From Kiritimatiellia bacterium (GTDB lineage Bacteria > Verrucomicrobiota > Kiritimatiellia > JAAZAB01), in contig JAXGPF010000004.1 in NCBI GenBank assembly GCA_040767085.1, positions 160,001-224,000 on the forward strand: a stretch of 64,000 nucleotides of DNA, written 5' to 3'. The notes under the pieces were generated by a model. It searched no databases. It worked only from the letters and a program-made list of their open reading frames with translations, and was not told the origin of the DNA. The position numbers were made by a program, and so were the translations under genes. Of the stretch, positions 1 to 7,864 are shown piece by piece (position 1 is the stretch's first letter; every line of letters begins with the position of its first letter).

Positions 1-219
1 CGCGTCGCCATCGGCCGCCAGACCGGCGCGAAATACATGCTCACCGGCGCGCTGGTGGAGATGGAAAAACGCTCCGGCAAGCAGGTGCGGGTCTCCAAGA
101 CCGAGTTGATGTATTACCAGTTGACGATCGACGTCACCGACCTGGAATCCGGCCTGATCGTCTGGTCTACCACCAAGGAATTCGCCCGCCAGGCGCGGAC
201 ACCTTTGATTGGCTGGTGA
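1..219 (+). CDS. LpoB/CsgG-like lipoprotein (penicillin-binding protein activator LpoB family), 5' end outside the window
   Basis: Frame is open from base 1 (RVAIGRQTGAKYMLTG...YYQLTIDVTDLESGLIVWS). This resembles the LpoB C-terminus, and the gene precedes a COG3014-like lipoprotein. Confidence 0.7.
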   Translation, partial: RVAIGRQTGAKYMLTGALVEMEKRSGKQVRVSKTELMYYQLTIDVTDLESGLIVWSTTKEFARQARTPLIGW

Positions 220-232
220 AATTGGTGAACTT

Positions 233-1372
233 ATGAAGCAGTTCCGCCAGGCCCACGGCCGCGCCGCCCTGTCAGCCGCCGGCTGGTGTGGTCTGGCGCT
301 GATCCTGCTGGCCGGCTGCAAAACGCCGCCCCTGCAACAGGCCCGCGCGGATTTTTATGCCGGCCAGCCGGAAACCGCGGAAGAGAAGCTGGCGGAAATC
401 CCGGCGGAGAACAAGGACGAAGTGCTCTTCCTGATGGAACGCGGCATGATCCGTCACGTTCTGCGGAAGTACGACGACAGCGCCGACGACTGGCGGCGCG
501 CCGCCGACTTGGAAGCCTGGCTGCAGACTTACAGTCTCAGCCAGGGCGCCGCCAGCCTGGTCAGCAACGATCGCGTGCTGGCTTTCCGCGGCGCGCCGTT
601 CGAAATGGCATTGCTTTATTCGTTTCTTGCCAAGAACTACCTGGCGCAGCAGAATTGGGATTACGCCGCCATCTGCGCGCGCAATATCATCCAGCGCCTG
701 GAAAACCGCGACGGCTTCCCGGACATCGCTTACAGCCGCTATATCGCCGGCCTCTGCCTGGACCTGATCAACGACACCGGCAATGCGGCCATCCAGTTCC
801 GCGCCGCCAACGAACTCCTGGAAGATTTTAAACTTGATCCGGACAGCGGCCGCCTCATCGGCGATACCAACGCTCCCGCGCCGGCGGCCGCCGGCCCGGA
901 ACTGCTGGTTTTTGTGGCGATGGGCCGCCTGCCGCCGGGCGATGATTCTGACGCGGAGGAAGGCGACCTCCCCCCCGCGGCGGAAATTTTTGCCAACGGC
1001 CAGCGCCTGGGCGAAGCCCGTGTTTTTAACAACACCGCCCGCCTGCTGTCAGATACCAAGGCGCGCCAGGCGGCCATTCAGATGGCCAAGGACGCGGCCC
1101 GCATCGCCGCGAAAGAAGCGATCGCCAGCACGCTGGAAAGCCAAAATGAGGGACTGGGCGACCTGGTGCGCTTTATCCTGTTTGCCATGGAAGCGCCGGA
1201 TAACCGGCGGTGGGAAACCCTGCCGCGCTGGCTGGCCGTCGCGCGCGTCCCCTGTCCCGCCGATTTGCAGGATTACACCGTGGTCTTCCACAACGGCGCC
1301 GCGGCGCGGACTATTTCCCAGCCGCTGGTCCGCCGGGGCAACCTCTGGATTTCTTTCTGCCGCGACCTCTAA
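233..1372 (+). CDS. COG3014-like TPR lipoprotein
   Basis: Lipobox LAGC; motifs LFLMERGM and FRGAPFE; C-terminal PDNRRWETLP typical of the family; ATG at 233. Confidence 0.7.
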   Translation: MKQFRQAHGRAALSAAGWCGLALILLAGCKTPPLQQARADFYAGQPETAEEKLAEIPAENKDEVLFLMERGMIRHVLRKYDDSADDWRRAADLEAWLQTYSLSQGAASLVSNDRVLAFRGAPFEMALLYSFLAKNYLAQQNWDYAAICARNIIQRLENRDGFPDIAYSRYIAGLCLDLINDTGNAAIQFRAANELLEDFKLDPDSGRLIGDTNAPAPAAAGPELLVFVAMGRLPPGDDSDAEEGDLPPAAEIFANGQRLGEARVFNNTARLLSDTKARQAAIQMAKDAARIAAKEAIASTLESQNEGLGDLVRFILFAMEAPDNRRWETLPRWLAVARVPCPADLQDYTVVFHNGAAARTISQPLVRRGNLWISFCRDL

Positions 1373-1411
1373 AGCTTAGCCGCGGCGGACGCGGCCGGCG
1401 GGCGCGCAACG

Positions 1412-2779
1412 CTACGGCATCTCCAGCGGGACCACTTCGAGGATTTCCGCGGCGGGGAAGGTTTTGAAAATTCCCGGCTCGATTTCAAGCTTAATGTCGC
1501 CGTTGCTGAAACGCTCCCGGATAATCCCCCGGAAGGTGAAAGCCGGCCCCTCCCCGGTGCGGATCATGTGGGTCGGCACAAATTCCACGGGCCGCAGGCG
1601 CATTTTTTCGTGAATGATTTCGGTCTGCCCGGCAGCAAGCATGCGGGTGTGGGTGACATCGTAATACCCCTGCCGGGTCAATTGGAGAGTCTGCCGGCCC
1701 GGCGGGATGAAATCCAGCGCCATCTGCTCGGAAATGCGTTCCGCGCCGCGGGCGGCGGTTACGCCGCGGTTTTCGCCGTTCAGAAACACCGTCACGCCCG
1801 GCGGCTCGGTGGAAACCAGCAGCGTGCCGCTGGCGCGTTCCAGTTTCAACTCCACCAACAGATCCCCGCCGAGCGGCAAAACATTGGTGGCAGACGCTGT
1901 CGCATATCCGCGCAATTCAGCCCGCAGCACGTATTGGCCGGGCGCCAAACCGTTGGTGGCAAACGGCGCATCCCCGCGGTATTGATTGTTCAGGAAAATC
2001 CGCGCGCCCGGCGGATCGGTATGCACCGCCAGGCTGCCGGGCAGCGGCGTCAGCGTGACGTTCACTTTATGCTCCACGCCGGGTTTGACGGTAAATTCCT
2101 CCCGATACGGATGATGCCCGGCCAGCGCCAGTTCCAGCACGTGCTGGCCGGCGGGCAGGCGCGGCTGCTTGAAAGGCGTCTGCCCCAAGTCGGCGCCGTT
2201 CAGCACTACCTGGGCGCCAACCGGCTTGGTTTCCACGCTTAAGCGTCCGGCGTCGGAATCCAAACGCGCCCGGACCAGCACCGGCGTGCGGTCCGGCACT
2301 TCCGCTTCGACCACCTTGGGCAGGTAGCCCGGGGCGCTGAACCGGAACTGGTGCCGCCCCAGGGGGAAGTTGGGCAACAGCAACGGCGTCTTGCCGTAAT
2401 GTACGCCGTTCATTTCCACATCCGCGCCCTCGGGTTGCGCCTGGACCAGCAGCAATCCCCGCAAGGGTTCCAGTTTCATCTCCACGGGAATGCGCTCGCC
2501 CGCGCGCGCATTGATCGTAATCCGCGCCTCTTCGTAACCCGGCTTCCGCGCGGCCAACAGGTGTTCGCCCGGCCGGACCTGCAAGGTCGCCGGAGCGGAC
2601 GCCAGCAAGGCGCCGTCCAGCGCCAGCGACGCGCCGGACGGATCGGACGTGACATAAATCTGGCAGGGACGCGCAACATCCTCCGGGCGCGTCGGGCGGC
2701 ACCCCGCCAGGATGCAGGACAGGCCGGCGAAGAGAATGAGCCGCGCCGCGGCCGCGGCGCCATGCATTAAAGGCTTCAT
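1412..2779 (-). CDS. PEGA-repeat lipoprotein (5 PEGA domains plus a small C-terminal beta domain)
   Basis: Lipobox ILAGC; five repeats of type V-[TS]-x-P-x-G-A-x-V-x-L-[DN]-G followed by G-x-[TA]-P. Confidence 0.85.
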   Translation of the reverse strand: MKPLMHGAAAAARLILFAGLSCILAGCRPTRPEDVARPCQIYVTSDPSGASLALDGALLASAPATLQVRPGEHLLAARKPGYEEARITINARAGERIPVEMKLEPLRGLLLVQAQPEGADVEMNGVHYGKTPLLLPNFPLGRHQFRFSAPGYLPKVVEAEVPDRTPVLVRARLDSDAGRLSVETKPVGAQVVLNGADLGQTPFKQPRLPAGQHVLELALAGHHPYREEFTVKPGVEHKVNVTLTPLPGSLAVHTDPPGARIFLNNQYRGDAPFATNGLAPGQYVLRAELRGYATASATNVLPLGGDLLVELKLERASGTLLVSTEPPGVTVFLNGENRGVTAARGAERISEQMALDFIPPGRQTLQLTRQGYYDVTHTRMLAAGQTEIIHEKMRLRPVEFVPTHMIRTGEGPAFTFRGIIRERFSNGDIKLEIEPGIFKTFPAAEILEVVPLEMP

Positions 2780-2789
2780 AAGCGGCTTT

Positions 2790-4085
2790 TCATTTCCGTT
2801 TCAAATTGCGTTCCACGTCAATCAGGCGGCGGCGCGCGCGCGCATGCCGTTCATCCGCGCGGTCGGGAATGCGGTCGCAGATCGTCCGCAACTGGTTGGC
2901 CGCCTCGGTCCAATCCTTCAGTTTCATCGCGCGTTCCGCCAGAAATTCATGATTTTTGATGACTTCATCCAGTTCCCGTTTCGCCGTCTCGAGCAAGGTA
3001 ACGGCATCCGCGTAAAAGTCCGGCTTCGGCTGGATGGTTTCCAGGTACCATTCCGTCTCCCGCAGCGCGCGGATGGCCAAGGCCAGGTTTTCATTTTTCA
3101 CCAGGCGCTGATCATACAGGCCGCGCCCCTGCAGGAAGGCCGACTGGGCCAGTTCCCGCAGTTTGTCGGGCGTCAGAGCCAGGGCCGCCAGGCCCAGTTC
3201 GTTCTGCCCGAATTCTTCCAGCAACTCGCGCAAGCGGCGGAAAGCGTCCGGCTCCAAAACATTCAAAACCCGGACGCGGCCCGTCCGCCGTCCGGCGGTG
3301 ATGCGCAGGTCCCACTGGTCCCAGACATTGGTGGCCAGGCCCCTGTACTCATGCTGCATCTCGAAAAAACCGGAACGCTGGATTTCTTCCGTCAGGCGCC
3401 GGACGACTTCCGCGTCGATTTTCTTGCGCTGGGTGCCCGGCACATGCCGGCTGTTTTCCAGGTCGTCAATCTGCACCGATAATTCCTGCCCGCGCAACTG
3501 CAGGGCGTAGCGGAAAATATTCCGCGGGCTGCCCTGCACTTTTTCATACTCGATTTCCAGGGCGCCGGTCGCGGCATCCGCCGGCGCGGGCGGCCCGCCG
3601 GAGGGCGGCGGACGCAAACCATTCCCTAAAATGGCGTAGACAACCCAGAGAACCGCGAACAGGATCAGCAGGCATGCCGCCAACGCGGCAATTTTACCGC
3701 GTCCCCGCGTTCCTGTTCCGCCCGACGGCGCGGCCGCCGGCACGGGGGCCGCAAAAAGGTTCTGCGGCGCTAGCTCCGCCGGCTGGTCATTGACCACCCG
3801 GATTTCCGTGGCGCCGATGGTCAGAATATCGCCTGTATGCAATCGGGCCACATGCAGCGGCTGTTGGTTGAGCAAAGTCTGGTTTGCGCTGCCCAGGTCT
3901 TCCGCCCACAACCCTTCGCCAGGCTTGAAAAAAAAGCGGCAATGGAACCGCGACATGGCGGGGTCTTGCAGGACAATGTCGTTGCTGGAAGAACGCCCCA
4001 GCCGCGCCGCGCCGTCAGCAACGACAAATTCCCGCCCGGCATCCGGCCCCGCGACAATCAACAAATTGGCTGCTGGCTTATCCAT
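2790..4085 (-). CDS. FHA-domain single-pass membrane protein
   Basis: FHA motifs LGRSSSND, MSRFH, DLGSANQT, LHTGDILTIG; hydrophobic helix AALAACLLILFAVLWVVYAIL; helical C-terminal region. Confidence 0.85.
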   Translation of the reverse strand: MDKPAANLLIVAGPDAGREFVVADGAARLGRSSSNDIVLQDPAMSRFHCRFFFKPGEGLWAEDLGSANQTLLNQQPLHVARLHTGDILTIGATEIRVVNDQPAELAPQNLFAAPVPAAAPSGGTGTRGRGKIAALAACLLILFAVLWVVYAILGNGLRPPPSGGPPAPADAATGALEIEYEKVQGSPRNIFRYALQLRGQELSVQIDDLENSRHVPGTQRKKIDAEVVRRLTEEIQRSGFFEMQHEYRGLATNVWDQWDLRITAGRRTGRVRVLNVLEPDAFRRLRELLEEFGQNELGLAALALTPDKLRELAQSAFLQGRGLYDQRLVKNENLALAIRALRETEWYLETIQPKPDFYADAVTLLETAKRELDEVIKNHEFLAERAMKLKDWTEAANQLRTICDRIPDRADERHARARRRLIDVERNLKRK

Positions 4086-4115
4086 AACACCGAACGCTGC
4101 ACACTGAATCCGTGG

Positions 4116-4736
4116 TCATTCCGCCGGCAATTCCATGTCCGCCGGCGGCAGGCCGTCATCCGCGACGGGAAAATTGTCCGCGGCCAGCGGCAGTTCCGAC
4201 TGCCGGACCGCGTACGGGTTGTAAGCGCGGCGCGGCGCATTTTCGTCCGTCAGCGTCAGTTCGTAGCGCGCCGCCAGCCATTCCCATTCGCGGGGGGTAA
4301 ACCGGCAGATATCATCCAAACCGTTGAAGAGTTCCACCGGTTGCAACGTCGGAAAACGCCGCGCGCCGGGCGCCGCCGTCGCCACGCTGGCGGCCAGCGA
4401 TTCCGGCAGCACCCCGGGGCCGCCTACCAGCGCCACGCAGGCGCCATCCGGCAGCGACCGCAGGATTTCCTCGAATTCCACCCCGGCCAGCAAGCGCCAG
4501 GCGCCGGCCTCCCACTGAAAAACATCCGGCGCCGGCCGCCCCGGGTCAACGCGGTAAGCGAACAGGGAGGCGCCCCGCAAATGCTGCAAGTCGAACGCCG
4601 CCTGCAGCGCGCGCAGGCGCGCCGGCGCTATCAGTGTTAACGGCACGGAGCGGGGCGGTCGCGGCGCCATGGCTTGCGCCGGCCACACTCCGGCCAGACA
4701 TCCCGCCAACAACAATCCCAGACTGATTTTACGCAT
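4116..4736 (-). CDS. Hypothetical secreted protein
   Basis: Signal peptide MRKISLGLLLAGCLAGVWPAQA; AGGAG RBS upstream. Confidence 0.7.
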   Translation of the reverse strand: MRKISLGLLLAGCLAGVWPAQAMAPRPPRSVPLTLIAPARLRALQAAFDLQHLRGASLFAYRVDPGRPAPDVFQWEAGAWRLLAGVEFEEILRSLPDGACVALVGGPGVLPESLAASVATAAPGARRFPTLQPVELFNGLDDICRFTPREWEWLAARYELTLTDENAPRRAYNPYAVRQSELPLAADNFPVADDGLPPADMELPAE

Positions 4737-4853
4737 GGCTGATCTCCTGTTGCAATGTACCTCGCCATCCCGGCGGGAGCGGACCGGATCACTGCAATCC
4801 CGACGGCGAGCGCGCCGTCTACTCCGCCGCGGTTTTTCCGGAAGCGCGAAGTA

Positions 4854-4882
4854 AATTTAACAAATTTTCCCGCCAGGGTCAA
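4854..4882 (-). promoter_or_regulatory. Sigma70-type promoter for the secreted protein-FHA-PEGA operon
   Basis: TTGACC-17 nt-TAAATT with an extended -10 TG, overlapping the end of the GT4 gene. Confidence 0.55.
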
Positions 4883-6044
4883 GCGCGGCGCCAGCGGCCG
4901 CCGCCCGGTAGGCCGCCAGGGTGCGCCGCGCGGTTTCCTCCCAAGTGGCCTGACGCGCGCGCGTCAGGCCGCGCGCCGCCAGTTCCGCCGCCAGCGCCGG
5001 TTCGGTCAGCGGCCGCAGCAAGGCGCGCGCCAGTGCGGCGCCATCCCGGGGATCAACCAGCAAGGCGGCATCGCCGGCCACCTCCGGCAGCGACGCGCAA
5101 TTGGAACAGACAACCGGCGTACCGCAGGCCATGGCTTCCAGCACCGGCAGACCGAACCCCTCGTAAAGCGAAGGCAGCGCGAAAACATCCGCCTGGCGGT
5201 ATTCCGCCAGCAACTGCGCGTCGGTCAGGTAACCCAGCCACACCACCGCATCCGCCACCCCCATTTCCCGCGCCAGGCGCGGAGCTTCGGGATACCGCGG
5301 GTCCATCGCCCCGGCCAGCCTCAATTCCACGGGAAATGCCGCCCGGCGCCGCAATTCGGCAAAGGCCCGCAGCAAGCCTGTCAGGTTCTTGTAAGGATCG
5401 GGCCTGCCAACCCAGAAAATTTTTCTGGCCGCGCCGGGTGCCGGATGGGGGCGCGCCGGGTCCGGCGTGAACCGGGGCGACACTCCTTCGCCAATTACCG
5501 CCAAGGCCGGCGGCCGGCGCAGACCGCGCAACAAGCTGCGCAGAATATCGCGTCGGGACGATTCGCTGACGGTGATGATCAGGTCGGCGCGGCGCGCCAC
5601 TTCGCGCATCAAGCAGCGGTAAACGAAAAATAACCGGCGCTTGCGGGCCCGCGGGGCGTATTCCGGGAACAGCAGCGGAATCAGGTCGTGGAGCGTGATG
5701 ATGCCTTTGACCGGACCGGGGCGCCCGGACGGGAAGGCTCCCAGAGGAATCATGTAATTGGGCGAATGGAACACATCCAGCCGCAAGGCCTGCAGCCGGC
5801 GCGGCAGGTCCCATTGTCCACGCGGGGCGAATAGGCCATAGGGCAGCAGTTGCGTGGTAAAATTCGCCCGGCCGGCAAAACCGGTCTCCGCGGCCATGCG
5901 CTCCATCATGCCCGCATCCTGAAAAAACAGGATGTATTCATTGTCATGGTCCAGCCGGACAAACTGGCGCAGCAACTCGCGGGTATAGGCGCCGATACCT
6001 GAAAGCTCCGGGAAAATCCAGCGCGCGTCCAGGCCGATTTTCAT
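4857..6044 (-). CDS. Glycosyltransferase family 4
   Basis: [43 protein letters not shown]. Confidence 0.92.
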   Translation of the reverse strand: MKIGLDARWIFPELSGIGAYTRELLRQFVRLDHDNEYILFFQDAGMMERMAAETGFAGRANFTTQLLPYGLFAPRGQWDLPRRLQALRLDVFHSPNYMIPLGAFPSGRPGPVKGIITLHDLIPLLFPEYAPRARKRRLFFVYRCLMREVARRADLIITVSESSRRDILRSLLRGLRRPPALAVIGEGVSPRFTPDPARPHPAPGAARKIFWVGRPDPYKNLTGLLRAFAELRRRAAFPVELRLAGAMDPRYPEAPRLAREMGVADAVVWLGYLTDAQLLAEYRQADVFALPSLYEGFGLPVLEAMACGTPVVCSNCASLPEVAGDAALLVDPRDGAALARALLRPLTEPALAAELAARGLTRARQATWEETARRTLAAYRAAAAGAALDPGGKIC

Positions 6045-7156
6045 GGCGCCACCCCGCGGTAAACCGCCCAGGTGCGCCGGGCCGTCTCCCGCCAGCTATA
6101 TCGCGCCGCCTGCGCTTGCCCGCGCGCCACCCACTCCGCGCGCAAGGCCGGGGTGTCCAGCAACCGAGCCGCCGCCGCCGCCCATGCTTCCGCGTTGAAT
6201 TCCGGTATGATCCAGGCCCCGCCGCCCAGGATTTCCGGCAACGCCCCTCCGGCCGAGGCCAGGACCGGCGTGCCGCAGGCCATCGCTTCCAGCGGCGGGA
6301 ACCCGAAGCCCTCGTACAGCGAAGGAAACACCATCAACTCCGCGCCCGCATACAGCAGCGGCAATTCGCCATCCGCCGCGTCCGCCAGCCAGCGGATGCG
6401 CGCGGCGCGCGGCGAAGCGCGCATGCGGGCCAGGATCGCCTCGCACTTCCACCCCCGCCGCCCGGCAATCACCAGGTCGCCGTCAAAGCCGGCCAGCCGC
6501 TCAAACACCTCCAGCAGGAAGGCATAATGCTTGCGCGGCTCCAGCGTGCCGACCGACAGGACATAGGGCCGCGCCAGCCCGCGCCGGGCGCGCCAGGCGG
6601 CCAGGGCGGCAGCCGGCGGTGCGGCAAATTCGCCGCCGATGCCCAGCGGCACGGCGGCGACCCTGCCGCGGCTGGCCGGCAGCATTTCCTCCATTTCAGC
6701 GGCGCAGAACCCGGAATCGGTGATGATCGCATCGGCGCGCGCCACGGTCAGGTCCAGGCGCGCGCGCAGATAAGCCAGGTTGCGCGTTTCCGCGCAATCC
6801 GGGTGGCGCAGAAAACTCAGGTCGTGGATGGTAACCACCGCCCGGCCCCGCCGCAGGGGCGGGATGATGAAATTCGGAAAATGGTATACATCGGCCGGGC
6901 CGGCCAGGCTGTCGAATGGCGGCCACCCAAGCCGTTTCCATGCCTGTTGCACCAACTGGCCGGGCAACCAGCGCACGGCCCGGCGGCGGAGGCCCGGCGG
7001 CAGGTCCGCGCCGCCGCGGCGCCGGAAATCAAAATAAAAACCGCTGACTTCATCCGCGCCGCGCAGTTCGGCCAGATGGGCCGCCAGCATCCTGGTGTAG
7101 CGCCCGATGCCCGCCCGTTGGGCGATGGCGGATTGTATATCAATGCAGATATGCAC
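6041..7156 (-). CDS. Glycosyltransferase family 4
   Basis: [40 protein letters not shown]; 4-nt overlap with the next gene. Confidence 0.92.
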   Translation of the reverse strand: MHICIDIQSAIAQRAGIGRYTRMLAAHLAELRGADEVSGFYFDFRRRGGADLPPGLRRRAVRWLPGQLVQQAWKRLGWPPFDSLAGPADVYHFPNFIIPPLRRGRAVVTIHDLSFLRHPDCAETRNLAYLRARLDLTVARADAIITDSGFCAAEMEEMLPASRGRVAAVPLGIGGEFAAPPAAALAAWRARRGLARPYVLSVGTLEPRKHYAFLLEVFERLAGFDGDLVIAGRRGWKCEAILARMRASPRAARIRWLADAADGELPLLYAGAELMVFPSLYEGFGFPPLEAMACGTPVLASAGGALPEILGGGAWIIPEFNAEAWAAAAARLLDTPALRAEWVARGQAQAARYSWRETARRTWAVYRGVAP

Positions 7157-7169
7157 TCAATTTTCCATG

Positions 7170-7198
7170 TTGAACATACGGATGCATCCCGTTATAAT
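7170..7198 (+). promoter_or_regulatory. Sigma70-type promoter of the Zn-ribbon gene (near-leaderless transcript)
   Basis: TTGAAC-17 nt-TATAAT; ATGs at 7202 and 7208 follow directly, with no RBS. Confidence 0.55.
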
Positions 7199-7201
7199 CT
7201 C

Positions 7202-7420
7202 ATGCCAATGCACCGGAAAAAGCAATTTGAAAAATTCAGCGCTTCGGAGCTTTACTGCCCGCGTTGCGGCGGGCTGCGCCCCGTGCGCGAACGCCTGCTG
7301 CTGGTGCTGCCGCGGGCGGAAATCTTCGAATACCGCTGCGCCGTCTGTTCCACCTCGCTCGGTTCGCGGGAAGTTACCAGCGGCGCCGCGGCCGTCGCGC
7401 CGCCCTTCTCAGCAAGATAG
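7202..7420 (+). CDS. Small Zn-ribbon protein (about 70 aa)
   Basis: QFEKFSASELYCPRC...VRERLLLVLP...EYRCAVCSTSLG contains two CxxC pairs. It is hidden at the end of a spurious 434-aa ORF. Start could be 7208. Confidence 0.75.
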   Translation: MPMHRKKQFEKFSASELYCPRCGGLRPVRERLLLVLPRAEIFEYRCAVCSTSLGSREVTSGAAAVAPPFSAR

Positions 7421-7555
7421 CAGCATCAGCAGCAGAATCATGACAACCGCCGCAGCCAATATCCATCCGGAACGGCGCGGCGGCAAATTGCCGCACTCCG
7501 GCGCTTCCCCGTCCGTATCGCGCCGGCGCATATAATCTCGGTCAGCCAGCCCCAT
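7409..7555 (-). CDS. 48-aa single-pass membrane peptide (absent from the ORF track)
   Basis: Hand translation: MGLADRDYMRRRDTDGEAPECGNLPPRRSGWILAAAVVMILLLMLLSC*. GGGAGAG RBS; own promoter upstream. Confidence 0.65.
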   Translation of the reverse strand: MGLADRDYMRRRDTDGEAPECGNLPPRRSGWILAAAVVMILLLMLLSC

Positions 7556-7584
7556 CTCGCTCTCCCAAGCTTGTCATGCGGCAA

Positions 7585-7612
7585 AGTTTAACATGCGCCG
7601 TCGCGCTGTCAA
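7585..7612 (-). promoter_or_regulatory. Promoter of the 48-aa peptide
   Basis: TTGACA-16 nt-TAAACT with an extended -10 (TGn). Confidence 0.55.
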
Positions 7613-7791
7613 GCGCAGCCGGCGGCATGCCTCCCGCCCGCTCCCAGACAGCCAAAATCTTTTTCACGCCGACACAAACGCCGGAAGCCGCTGTGATTTC
7701 CGTGGCGGCGCCACGCCGGCGCCTGGCCAATACTGCCACATCCAACGGGTTAAACAAGCGCAAAATCGGAGAATTTGGGCTTGACAGCGCG
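7602..7791. repeat. 13-bp perfect inverted repeat (about 20 bp imperfect) enclosing 164 bp
   Basis: cgcgctgtcaagc at 7602-7614 and gcttgacagcgcg at 7779-7791; each contains an outward-facing TTGACA. Confidence 0.8.
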
Positions 7792-7864
7792 CCCGGCGCC
7801 AGAACAGTATATGGCCGGAAGGACGGGATGAAACCGGCCGGCAACGGCCGCCGGAGGAGGCGCC

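Noticed and set aside
6116..7201. N-terminal part of the 434-aa ORF 6116-7420
   Set aside because: Antisense to the GT4 gene; only the last 70 or so codons (Zn-ribbon) are credible.
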